Assembly (NCBI GenBank): GCA_009602725.1
Contig: WELB01000021.1
Location: forward strand, 679,502 to 743,501
Origin: Spirogloea muscicola
Lineage: Eukaryota
Direction: 5' to 3'
Length of the DNA: 64,000 bases
A model generated the notes under the pieces. It did not search any database. It was not told where the DNA came from and worked only from the letters and a program-made list of their open reading frames with translations. Shown here one piece after another: positions 11,860-23,599 of the stretch (position 1 is its first letter; the number at the start of each line of letters is the position of its first letter). The position numbers and the translations under genes are program-made.

Positions 11860-12335
11860 AACAGCGCTTCCAGATTGACAGCAGTGGCTTTGAGAGGTCA
11901 GCCCACAGAAAGTGGCTCCCCTGATGAGGGCAAGGGCTGTGATAAAACAGGCCACAAAAAGACAAGATTTGAAGGGAAGGGGCCACGAGCCAGCGGCGTT
12001 GAAGTCAGCCGGCTCACCGCGCCTGCGGGACACATTGCGCCACGCACGCCCCGTGCACGTCCACAGCCAGGGGGACGAACTCATCTCCAGCCGGGTGGTC
12101 GGCGTGTTTGGACGCTTGCTGCGAGCGGCCGTCGTCGCAGCGTGGCCAGCCCGCGAGGCAGAGAGCCCCGGGTTGGAGAAAGTGGTTGGCTGGGAGAGGC
12201 CAGCCCAGAGAAAAGAATGAACAAAGTTCGAAGGGGCCAGGGAAAGCGCTAAAAGCACACAGGGAAGCAAGTAGCTACGAAATACTCAGTAACCCGTACT
12301 AAGCAACCGTAGGTCGAAGAAACAGTACTCTGACT
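11860..12335 (-). mobile_element. Nested CRE-like fragments: three tail modules and an RLE piece
   Basis: Reverse tail modules lie at ~11885, ~11935 and ~12187. The minus strand encodes GDEFVPLAVDVHGA and PADFNAAGS, and a GGGTTACTGAG stop motif is at ~12285-12295. Confidence 0.7.
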
Positions 12336-12529
12336 CCTGGAGCCGTGCCCCCCACGGCTCTTCTCCGCCCGAGGGCCCCCGGCCCGGTGAGGTGGCGGAG
12401 CCCTCCTCCACCCCTGCCACTCAGGCCAAGCAGTAGGCAGTACGGAACAAGAGGAAAGATTAGGGCGATGATTGGCTGTTATTGGCCAGCCCAGAAAGAG
12501 ATTGAACGCAAAGAATTAAATCTAAAGAA

Positions 12530-12950
12530 TGCTGCAGCACTGCATCGACTACCCCCACTGCGATTAGCTCCTGCCAGCTGCAGTCGACATCTTTGACTGT
12601 ATAGGTCCTCGATGCCACACTCTCGTCGAGAATTTTGCCAATCTTGGCACGACAAGCAGATGTGCTTCCGGCCGAGATGGGCTTGCCAGCTGCATATCAG
12701 TCATTCTTGCTTCATCGAGTGTCGGCCTTTTTGCAGCGTGCTCGGGCTCATGCTTTGCACCAGAGCTGGGCGAGCTCTTGTTGGTGGCAGAAGGGCTTGG
12801 AATTTGCCATCTAGTTCTCAAGCATCGATTAGCAACCTTTACGTGCTGACCCGTGGTTATTGAGCGGGTCATCTGCAGTGGTAATGTACGTCAATCAGAT
12901 GTGCTTGCCGTCGTACTTGGCCACTTTGGCCTTCCATTGTGACGACACAC
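12530..12950 (+). mobile_element. CRE-like RLE/C-terminal fragment, same family as 1925-2350
   Basis: It is colinear with 1926-2350, ends ...ASISNLYVLTRGY* and has a type-B tail. Confidence 0.75.
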
Positions 12951-13449
12951 ACAAGTCCTGCCCGTGCGCCGCCGCTTTGCGCATTCGTTCCGTACATCAC
13001 TTTGGGCTTGCCTCTCACAGCCATTGCCCTTCTTGACCCGCTGGGTGCTTGCCAATGCAGTCTCGAGCGGTGGTCGACCCTAAGAGGACGGCAGCACTTT
13101 GTTGCGCCCCATCCCGTCGGTGGCTCCTTTCCGCCATGACAGCCTGGCTTGATAAGCAATTGTCTAAGGCTGAGTCATGCTTTACTAGTGTGCATAGACT
13201 CGAGGTTGGGGGTCCGTGCTCGAGCATGGGTCAAGGCGAGCGCTCGACTAAATTGTGACATAACGGTAGCAAAATGATGGCGAAGGGCAAGGCCCGCGCG
13301 TCCTCTGGCCCACTGCCAGACCGCTCGATGCGCAACAGCGAGGCACGCCCATCGGAGGAGAGGTAGAAGAACTTTTACCCAAGAGAAGCAGCTTCTCTAA
13401 TGTACTGCACTGGCTTTGAGAGGCCGGCCTATAAGGAATGTACAGGTAA

Positions 13450-13850
13450 TAAACAGAAAGGAAGGCGGGCTATGCAGTCTGCCAAGCGGCAGGTGCCAAG
13501 GAGTGGAGTACGCTAGTCACCCTGCTGGCGACGATTTTTTTGTTAGAGAGATGCTGGCTCGACCTGCTCCAGCAGCTTGCACTGCATGCTGTATTTCGCC
13601 GTCAAGGCCAGCAGAGCGAGCAGCCCGGCTTCGAAGCCGCCGGGTCGCTCGCTCAATTGTACAGTATGCGCCTGCCATCTCTCTGCAGCGTTCTCTGGCC
13701 TTTGCGGCGCACTTGCGTGCAGGCCGCTCCTTGGCTGCTGGCTCCCATTTTCCACACTTGCGGGCAGGTAGCGCCTTGACAGCTAGCTCTGGGTCTCGAC
13801 GGGGCGACAAAGCTCCTCCTCTTCACTCCGATCTGCATTTGTAGACTATA
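13450..13850 (+). mobile_element. Degenerate CRE-like RLE/C-terminal fragment
   Basis: EYASHPAGDDFF, WLDLLQQLALHAVFRRQGQQSEQPGFEAAGSLAQLY and AISLQRSLAFAAHLRAGRSLAA match the copy at 48900-49260. Confidence 0.75.
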
Positions 13851-15059
13851 GATTATAGTGTGTCCCATTTGCAGAAGTCACAGAAAGTATGTTGGTGGTT
13901 CTGCAACTAGCAGCCCTGTCCAACCTTGTTCAAGGCTTTTGGGCTGATCTATGCAGTTCTAAGCATTTACAGACAAGAAGCACCTTACAAAGGGGATGCC
14001 CAGCCTTCGCTGATGCTGTTGTCTTACAAGAGGTGCACTCTGAAAGCATCAGAAGGCCATGGCTCCCGCAGAGAAAACAAACGCTTTCATGTCAGCTTTC
14101 TCACTCAATTAATGAGCCACTAATGAAGCACCCACCTCGCTTGACCTAAGAGCCTGATATGGACCTGCAGGGGACGCGATTCTTGCTACTGCAGGAGCTC
14201 TTGCTGGCGGCCATAATGTAAACATTGAGAGCTATACACACAAGCATGCCAAAGCTTACCTTCTTGTTGGGCCCATCATGTTGCTGTTGACAATGTTGTA
14301 CATGAATGAGCTCTAGATGGAGCTTACGCCAGCATTCACAACATGGTAATGACGTAGTAGGCTGGAAGTCGTGCCCAGTCAAGCGGTGTACCAGAAATAC
14401 AACGGCTAGAGATGTGGAGGGCTTGGCTTCTAGATGAAGAATCCTGAAAGGTCTGGTGAAGCCTTTGGCTTCGCAACGCCAAGAGGACGGCCAGCCTCAA
14501 CTTGCGGCTGCTGACAGAGATAACAGAGTTTTGATTAGTGATGGAGGGCCTGTGTGGCCAGGTACAAAGACAAGGGGTCATTGAGCAGGCACCCTTAGTT
14601 ATCACTACGATTTTTCGGCTCGTCTAAGTCTTGCTCAATGCTTTGTTCTTATCACAGAGAGAAAGCTCTTCCAATGTAAGGTAGTGGCTGCGAAAGGCCA
14701 GCTCAAAAAGTATGGACATAGTCTTAGGAGCCGAAAGGCGCCTAATCACCGCCCCCCCCCCTACTTGGCGACGATTTTCCGCCCTCTAGTTACTTAATTC
14801 TGCACTTGTTGACTAGAGCTTGTTGAGCGTCCATCCGCAGATATAGTGGAGAGTAGTTTCACGTGTAAGCGCTTTCCAGCCCTCGGGACCTTGTTCACTC
14901 TATATACGCTGGCCTCTTACAGCCATCGCCTCACTTTGGACAAGCTGGTTCTTCTTTCCTTTTGAGAGTGCTTCTTCACTGTTTGTGCTCGGCCTGCCCT
15001 GACTTCTGCCTCCTCTACTGGGAAAAAGAAGAAAGACGCTTCCAGGAGCATCGGCGCAT

Positions 15060-15565
15060 TCCAACCAGGGGCACCCACACCGTCAGTGCCAGGTTGGGCG
15101 ACACAACATGCGGAGAGGAAGAAGGGGAGGCACTACAATGTCCACCCCGGGACGACCACTTCTTCCCATGCGCCATGGACATGTACGGCGGCTACGGAAC
15201 GAAGTGGTCTAGCCTCCTCCATCGCCTGGCGCTGCATGTCAATGCCCGCCGACGTAGTCAGGCGGGTAGCTAGGGCATTCCAGTGTCCCACAAGCCGTCA
15301 TTGCATGCTATAGAATGCCGCTATCAGTGAGTCTACAGCGCTCCCAGGCACTTGCGATACACCAGCGTGCTGGGCGTGCATCAGCCCAGGCTAATGGCTT
15401 CCGTGGTGGTGGTTGCCTCCTCAGCTTGGCTTGTCAGATATGCATGTGCTCACTCGGGGATATGAGTGTCCCCCTTAGCCAGCTCATTACCCCGTTAGCA
15501 GGACATTTGTAAGGCTAGAATTGGCCTCCCTTTCGATTTCATGCGCATTGCGCGCCTTCTTCTTC
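15060..15565 (+). mobile_element. CRE-like RLE/C-terminal fragment of another family, with type-C tail
   Basis: It encodes PGWATQHAERKKGRHYNVHP, DDHFFPCAMDMYGGYG and LSVSLQRSQALAIHQRAGRA. The tail is TTGGCCTCCCTTTCGATTTCATGCGCA, and the 3' 125 bp is duplicated at ~16783-16910. Confidence 0.75.
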
Positions 15566-15569
15566 CAGG

Positions 15570-17310
15570 AGAGGGCGGTGGCTGGGAGAGACCAGCCCAG
15601 AGAAGACGATGAACAAAGTTCGAAGGGAGTTGCCCCACTACTCCCAAAACCTAAATCCCGCAACTCCTTTCCTGCTGCTACTTTTCCTGACTTGCGGCTG
15701 CTGACTTAGGGTTGACTGAGCAGGCACCCTCACTGATCCCTCCACGTCTTTCCCGGCTCCGTTGGACTTTGTTTATTCTTTTGTAGGCTGGCTTTTGGAC
15801 TTTGTCCTTCTTTTAGGCTGGCCTTTCCCAGCCCCTACCCTCTGAGGGAGAGCACTTTCTTTGTAGGCTGGCTTTCGGCAGCCCTCCACCCTTCCGAATA
15901 TATAGCTCTTCCAACGTAAGAAGATGGCTGTGAGCAGCGCTTGCATTCAAGCTGCGAGTTACTCCGACCTGCGGCTGCTGAGGGGTTTGAGCTCCTATTT
16001 GCTGTAGCCCTCTGCATAGTTGTGTGATTTGAGCCCCAGTCAGCCATTTTGATCTCGTCCACACTTTCTTGACTGGCTTTTCACAGCCCTTGCCCCCTTT
16101 TGACGAGCCAATTTCTTTTTATGAGCTGCTTCCTTCTACTTGCTGCCACTTCTCAAACTTTCGGCTGCTAAATAGGCGGCTACTAAGCAAGTACCTCTAG
16201 TGATCTCCATGTTTTCTAACTCGCTTGGCCTCCTCCTCATATCATGCGCACCGCGCGCCTTCTCGGTTTCCTCTGAGCACTATTTCTGAGCAAAAGTAGT
16301 CACGGGGGATGAGTGGCAGTTGTACTGAGAAGTTCTTGCCAAAAGGGGGCTATGGTTGTGACAGGCCAGCCCAAAAGGGATGAACAAGGTCCGAAGAGAA
16401 GTGCTCGCCCAAAAGAGGATAGGGGCTGGGAACGGCCAGCCCAAAAAGAATGAACAAGGTTGTCAGTCTGCTTCAGCGGTCCATGGCCCACGCCTTGCAT
16501 CTGCGTGCCGGCCGTGCTCTCGCTGCGGCCTCCGGCTTTCGTCAGGGGGATAGTTTTCCGGCAGCTAGTCTGTCGGATTTGAGGCTCCTCACTCGTGACT
16601 ACTGAGTGGTCCATCCTCCCCCGTTCTGACATGTCATCGTCAGACTCTTCGTAGCTGCTTAGCGCTGTAGGCCCCTCCGTCATTGGGCCCCTTCGAACCT
16701 TCGTCAAGTTCTTTTCGGGCTGGCTGTTGAAAGCCCTTGCCCCCCTTGGGAGAGCCACTTCTTTCTAATTAGCATATAGCATGTCAGATATGCATGTGCT
16801 CACTCGGAAATATTAGTGTCCCCCTTAGCCAGCTCATTACCCAGTTAATAGGACATTTGTAAGGCTAGAATTGGCCTCCCTTTCAATTTCATGCGCACCG
16901 CGCGCCTTCTCTCTAGAATGAAAGAACAAGATTCGAAGGGGCCAGGGGAAGCGCTGAAAACAAACAAATCCGATAGGGCCGGTTAGATCTAAACCACACA
17001 GCTAAGCAAGTGGCTTCCACGAAGAGCTGCATAACGCCTATTCTGACAGTGGGGGTGCCTCGTGAGGGGTGCCCCTGCGCCTTCCGTCATCTGTATTTTG
17101 CCATCAGGTATTCAGAAACCGCTTAGCGACCTTCGTGTTGTCCCGTGCTTACTGAGCAGGTCAATTTACAGTAGGTAATTTACGTCCAAAAATGTGCTTG
17201 CCTTTGTACTTGGCCATTCTGGCCTTTGATCGTTTCAAATACACAAGGTTTTCCTTCCAACCCTTTCAGACCTTGTTTGATCTTATTGAATTGGCTCTCA
17301 CAGCCATTTG
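15570..17310. mobile_element. Island of mixed-orientation CRE-like 3' ends
   Basis: Tail modules lie at ~15580(-), 15815, 15866, 16071, 16350(-), 16422(-) and 16717. The C-terminus LQRSMAHALHLRAGRALAAASG...SLSDLRLLTRDY* is at 16470-16606, and a type-B tail is at 17192-17245. Confidence 0.7.
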
Positions 17311-17710
17311 CCTTGTGAGTCTATCTTTTGGGGTGCCCTGTCCCTTGCTGGGCCTCGTACGCCGCGACCACGCCGCGACGTGACCAACGCTTACTGAGTA
17401 CCTGGAATTTCCGCGGAAACTCCAGGTGGGTGCACACCAGGTCGTGGCGCAGCCGCCAGAGCGTGGCGGCAGCGGCAGCGGCAGCGGGCCGCCACCGCCA
17501 CCGCCAAACACCCCCATCCCGCCGCCAGTCCGTCAGAAAGGCCCACCTAGAGGCCTGTGGAAGCAAAACAGAGTCATCGGCTCGGTGTTGCGCTCAACTC
17601 AGACCATTTCCACGACTTCTCGCGAGGCCTCCAGTGAGCGCCTGACCAAGTGTGGCTGATCGCCTTCTCATAGCCTGAGTGTTCTGAATACCTAAGTGCA
17701 CTCTTCCAGA

Positions 17711-19850
17711 ATGGGCAACCTCTTTAGCGGACCAGCGGAGATTGTAGGTACAGCTATCACTGACTCTGCTGACCAGCTCAACCGAACAGCGCAGACTGTA
17801 GGTAGAGCTATCATCGACTCTGCTGACAAGCTCAACGGAACAGCCGCATGGGCCGCTGGTAAGGCTGTCTGTCGCTTTCAATGAAAGAGGTTGGCCAGTC
17901 AACAAACCAATCTGCTTTCACTCTGCCTCCACCTTTGGCTCCTAGGTAAACTGACGACACATCTATTACTCACAGAAGCTGCCTTCACTGTGCAGTCCGA
18001 GTCGGAGAATCAGCGGAAGCAGCAAAAGCTACCATGGCACAGATGAATGTTGCGGCCAATGCCATTTCCAGTGCAGCCACTCATGCTGAAGAAGTAGCAA
18101 ATTCGGCTCAGGTTGCTTGCACCAAGGCTGGCGATGCAAGCAATGGCATAGAAAAACTAGCCAACACAACAGCATCTTTGGTGGGAGAGCTTGGACCGAG
18201 GCTTGGCACGACATTTGATCAAGCATCGACAACTCTTGGTGCTGTTCAAGAATCCGTCAACCAGATCACACCACAGGCAGCCTCGACTCTGGAGACGGTC
18301 CAAACGTCTGTCCAGGACTTGACGCCTACTGCACAAAGTGCTCTGCACTCGTTGAGTGCCACAAGCGAGGCTGTGGGACATAACATTCCAGCCTTGATGC
18401 AAAGCTGTCAGGTCATTGATTTGACAAGCCTGCTTTTGCTTGTTGACTCAAGTGCCGCTTGCTGCATCATCGGCACGCTTGGTCTGACATACAGGCTGTG
18501 CTCATAAGAGGCACAATTTGCTGTTTGAAGCAACGGAAACTCATAAATCTCGCAATCTGTATGGTCCTAGCCTTGGACGAACTTTTATCTCCACTCTTGC
18601 AGTTTTTTTTAAGTAGTCGCCTTCTCAGTTTTTCTTGACTAATTGCTATGTTTCTCTTCAGGCTGCAGCTGTAGCAGCTGGCATAGGCGCTGCAGCTCTG
18701 GCTAGTACGCTCATAGTCTGAAAACAATTGCTGTGAACTCTGCGAGAATGGTTGCTACGAAATAGGCCAGCCTGGTCTGCAGAGCATCTGATAGAGTTTC
18801 CGACAGAGCATGCGATTTCTTCAAAGCTTTGAAAGATGATCAGCATGGTGTATTCATCCCCGCCATTGAAGATGCATACTTGACGTGCTGCAACAACTTC
18901 ACCAAAAAAATGCAAGAGCATCACTTGGCTAGGTAAGTTGCAACATCTCAAGAATGGCACACAATGCGTACCAACATTCGTGCTGTGCTTTCAATGCTAT
19001 GCATTACTCAGGAGTCCTGGCCCGCTTCTCCGATCTACGTAAAGGCTTTGCAGCGATACAGTCTAGCTGACATTCCGACACAAACTTCTGTGACGCTTCC
19101 CTGTCGTCTGGCTGGGCCATGGAGACATGGAAGAAAAGAATGGAAAAAGTGTGTCACATGGTGCAGGACACCAAAGGATGCAATAGAGAAGGTCAAGGCT
19201 ATGCGCGAAAGTGGTGTTCTGCTAAAAGAGGAGGTTGTCTACCATCGCGACGTCATTGTTGCCACCTGTGATAAAGACATCATTGAGATGCCAAAAGGGA
19301 TGGGTCGCTTTAAAATCTGCGGCAGCACTGAGTTGCATGGACAGCCTTACATCCAGTTGAAGGGGATAATTTGTGACATGGACCAGTCTGGTGCACCAAT
19401 GGGGAAAATTAAGAATCTAGCATGGCAACCTCAACATGTTGCACTGGAGGTAATCTTCAAACTGCTTACCTTGGTTGCAGTGCCCATAAACATTACAAGT
19501 GTAGTACATCGGATCAGGTGTACGTATCAGTCTGCGCGTCCTACGGATTACTGATCGTATAGATGAGTAAACGTGGACTCCTCAAGGAATATATCTTGAC
19601 CTGACCGCCAAACATCTGCTTGTCGTACTCTTGTGAAGGGAGAACTGTGGTCAGCAGCTGGAGCGTATGTGGAGGTGCCTCACAAGCACTTCCTTTGAAG
19701 TTGGTGGGCATGGGGTTGATCAAGCTTGCATATGGATCCTGCCTTGTTGGTGTACTTCCAGGGTATGGCATTGTAATCACAACCACAACTGTGTTGGGAC
19801 TTACTTGCTGGGCGTGGAAGCATGATGGGTTGTCAGAAGACAAGCAGGTA
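17711..19850 (+). CDS. Spliced gene or pseudogene: N-terminal MGNLFS (possible myristoylation), Ala/Thr/Gln-rich helical repeats, hydrophobic segments
   Basis: Exons 17711-17858, 17996-18411 and 18662- join in frame through GT/AG sites and stop at TGA 18719-18721 (~207 aa). Exon-like sequence continues in a shifted frame with one TAG (18763), then ~19011-19450 and ~19635-19847, suggesting a longer ancestral CDS. Confidence 0.55.
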
Positions 19851-20559
19851 AGGAGAGGGCTGTTCCATGGCGGTAACCCTTTACCAGTATGCATAGCAAG
19901 TGCGAGCTGAGCCATCAAGATAACTCATAATTATGATAACGTAGTAAAGCAGCTGAGCTGGAAAAGCACTGACTCAGCCCAGTGGTCAGTGGAAGGGCTT
20001 GTCTGTACAGTGGGTGCACCAGTACGGCGGGCTCATTCACTTTCAAGCCAAACAATCGTAATGGAAATTGAGGCGAGCGAATCTGCGTGCATGTCCTAGC
20101 CATTGCTGCTTTCCACCCTGAGTGCGAGCAGAGCCTGTGCATGTTCAATCTGTCTGCCGCCATTAACGGAGCTGCATCTGTACCACTGAGCCGAGGGCGA
20201 GCTGCTGGTCTCTTAAAAAGGGAAATTTGCAATGAGTACTTTGATTGGGGAAGACAAGAAGCAACGGTGGCGGCTGTCGACTCCAAACCGGGAGATGCAA
20301 GTAAAAGTGGCCAGCTTTGAAAGGCATCAGATCTGGCCCAACTGGGATGCTCGCAGCCCGTCGTCACTCCCAAGCTGTCGCTGTATGCAAACTAGACAAT
20401 CTGGAGATACCATGCGACAGAGCTGCTTCAGTTTAGGGGCGTATGGGGGTGCTGTAGAAATCCAGCAAGTTCAGGCTTTGTCAGCCGGCCTCTAAGGAGA
20501 ACGCTCTAACTACGACTATTGTAGTAAATCCATCTGAGGACTAGCTGGTCGGCATTGTC

Positions 20560-22880
20560 AATAAGCCACTCACAAGCGAGATATACGTTTGACCTTTAAG
20601 GCAAGTTTGAGAACAGTAGAAGTGACAAGGCGTTCCTTCTTAGCATGGGACTGGCGAATGCAGAGATCAGGAAGACGAGCCTGTACAGGACTTCGTCGAA
20701 TCTGAAGGCATGGCGCTGCAAATTGCGGAAGAATGAAGAGGCAGTTCTATATAGGCATCAGGTGCTCACCAGCCTCATGGGGCTCTCACCTAAATGCGGT
20801 GCTCTGTACGACTCCTTCCAGACCGTAGCTAATGAGCAGTTGACGCTGAACTATGTGCTGGCTCGCCTGCTTCTCAAAGTGAAGCAAGAGAGTTGGAGGA
20901 AATAGGAAGAGCTACCGGACAGCACATCGACCAATCGAAATGGACTGCAACTCAGCGTTAAGGCTTACACAGGCAGTTGTCAACGTATAATCGTCGCAAA
21001 ACAATCAGGCAATAGAAGATGAAATAATATCTGTGATGTAGACTGCCATTTTCCACTTTCCCATGTCTTATTCCCCTGAGTCCTAGGCTTATGCCATAAA
21101 CCACATATTGATACACGAGCAGGTGATGCAGGTGATCTAAATTATGCAGTGAAATGCACGAGGCCACATCATCTTTGGACACGATACAAGCCCACCATTG
21201 CCCATTTTTGGGTGTTCGGCATTTGAGGGTGTATGCGCAATCCAAGGGGAATATAACACGAGTGCATCAAAGACTCGTCAAACTGTTGTGGTAGAGTACG
21301 GTGAGCAAGTGAGAAGAAATTGCTTGGTCATGAGGAAAGGAGGATGGTATACAGCGAAGATGCGCTTTCTTGACGAAAGGGAGGTCCAGACGACTCCGCC
21401 TGTCCCCTTAGGTCTTGAGATAGTTGGTGACCTGTACCTGAGAAATTTTAGCTTTTTGCTAGTGTGAGGGCAGGAGATGAGACGGGCAATTGAGTCAAAG
21501 GAAGTGCAAAGAGTTGACTCAGATGAGGCTGCCGCATTAGTGGGAGACAGACTGTGAAGCTGAAAGGAGGTGGCCAGGTCAGACACGCAAAATCCGGGAG
21601 AAGATTGTGCTCTTGCCCCTGCTGGTTTCATGAGCCTCTAAGCATGTGAAAAGTTATGAGCAGTGCTGATGCTAGCAAATGGAGAATACTTGCAGGAGCG
21701 GAGATGAGCTCCAGTGAGTAGAACAAGATCTGCGTCTCGGTGGACCTGCCAGCTAAGAGGGAGGCCACCTCCAACACATTGAATGTCAAAGTCAAAGCGA
21801 AGAAGACGTTTCTGTCTGTTACGTACACAACACGTCGTGTAGCTAGCGCTTGTGCTCGAGAGGATAGGACCGCTCACAATGAGACGTCAGCTCTTGTTGT
21901 CTAGGACAGTGCTGTGAGACTACACTTTCATGGTGGCCTCGATATTTAGAAGTAAAGCAGGTGCATATAACCACAGCATTCTGACTGTGGAGTCGGAGGA
22001 TGAGTAAACGGTCGTGCAATTCCAAGGCTTTAAGGTTAAGGGAGAAGAGAGAGCAGAGTCTGCAATCTGAAGGGAGCTCTCTCAAGGCTGAAAGAGGCTC
22101 CCAGATCATAGTCACCTTCCTTCTGCTCCAAGCTTTCAGATTTTTGAGACTGATCCTAGCGCGTATGTGACGGAGCAACCTACCAAAACGATCCTGGCAC
22201 TCAAAGTTAATGACTTGGGTCTGATTGAAATTTCGACCGGTTAAGTCAGGAAAGTAACAGCGGAGCTGAGCCATAAGACACAACACGAAATATGGGAACT
22301 TGAAAAATCTCTTGGAGATTCAAGTGAAGAGCGATAGCGAAGCAGGTGGTTTGCTTGGGGTTGTCTCAAGTGCGTCATGAAGCTGTTGAACGGACATGAT
22401 AATGCAATACTGCAGTCCAATCTCCAAGTACAGGCTTTCAAACAAACAGTGAGCAAGGAGCAGGGGCCCAAGAGTGATCGAGACAGGTGGCAGATAGCAC
22501 AGGTGCCTTGTTGAAAGGCCATGGGGTGTTAAATGTATGTGGCTGTGTCAGCGCTGCCAGACAGAGCAGTAGCAGTAGGAGTGGTTGCTCAAATTCTTGA
22601 AGCCCAGATTGAGAACCTTGGAAAGCTGGAAGGTGTTTCCTTGTTTGCTTGAACAAATCCATCCTGGCTGACAATGGAGCGAGTAGGAGGTAAAGGTGGT
22701 GAACTGGTGGGCTTTTGCGACGCAGCTTGGGCAGGAAGCTTGGACCACGGAAATTTGGTGGAAGGCTACATAGTTTTGCTTGGAAGAGGAGCAGTAAGTT
22801 GGAGCAGTAGGAACAGCTGACCGCTGCGACATCGACCACTAAAACGGAGTACATGGCCTCCATAGCTTCAACAGGGATCA
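20560..22880 (+). mobile_element. Decayed, internally deleted Ty1/copia LTR retrotransposon (gag, post-integrase, RT/RNase H remnants)
   Basis: The gag-like segment QVLTSLMGLSPKCGALYDSFQTVANEQLTLNYVLARLL is at 20758-20875, and IFGCSAF...SKTRQTVVVEYGEQV...FLDE at 21200-21380. The RNase H segment GELVGFCDAAWAGSLDHGNLVEGYIVLLGRGAVSWSSR/QLTAATSTTKTEYMA is at 22697-22860. No LTRs were recognised. Confidence 0.85.
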
Positions 22881-23374
22881 TGTCCTGGCAGAACTATGTC
22901 AGCTAGTTGCTCTTGCGTCTACATAGCACACTATGATTGACTGCACACCAAGAAGGCCAATGTACTCAAATTTGTGACAGCTTATGGAACAATTCTGCAG
23001 AGCTTGCTTAAAGTGCTACTCGTCATTGGGGAAATCAGGCAGCTCAGACCTAACAGCTCAGACGTGATGAATGATCTTGACATGCTGTTAAGAGTGGTGC
23101 GCATCAGTTTCCACCAATAAGCGGAAGATTGGACGTGCAATTGATGTATATCAAGATTGGCACTTTGAGAGCATCTCTGAGGCGCTCGAACGTGCCTCAA
23201 AAAACAAATGTCTAATACAGGATTGCCCTTACGCATGGAAGCAATTCCTGTGTGCACTGTACACAGAAAGTGCAACCACATTGTTGCAAGGAAGTAGTCA
23301 GTCACTGGAGTTCGACTACTTATTAAACAGAGTCTGGACATAAGTAGCATCAGAATAGGCCCAGTGAAGAAAAC

Positions 23375-23576
23375 TTTACTGGGCCTTTTCTTCGTGTCAG
23401 TCACCAATCTAGACTGCACATGCAAAGAAGTGCTGGACACCACCCTGTATGCCATTGACATCCTTGCGTATGATATTTACTGGGGCCTTTTCTTCATATC
23501 ATTCACAAAGCTAGACTGCACATGCAAAGAAATGCTAAACACCACCCTGTATGCCATTGACATCCTTGCGTATGAT
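23375..23576. repeat. Tandem duplication of a ~101 bp unit just 3' of the WRKY stop
   Basis: TTTACTGGGCCTTTTCTTC...CTAGACTGCACATGCAAAGAA...CACCACCCTGTATGCCATTGACATCCTTGCGTATGAT occurs twice. Confidence 0.9.
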
Positions 23577-23599
23577 CCTTGCACGTATTGAAGCATAGG

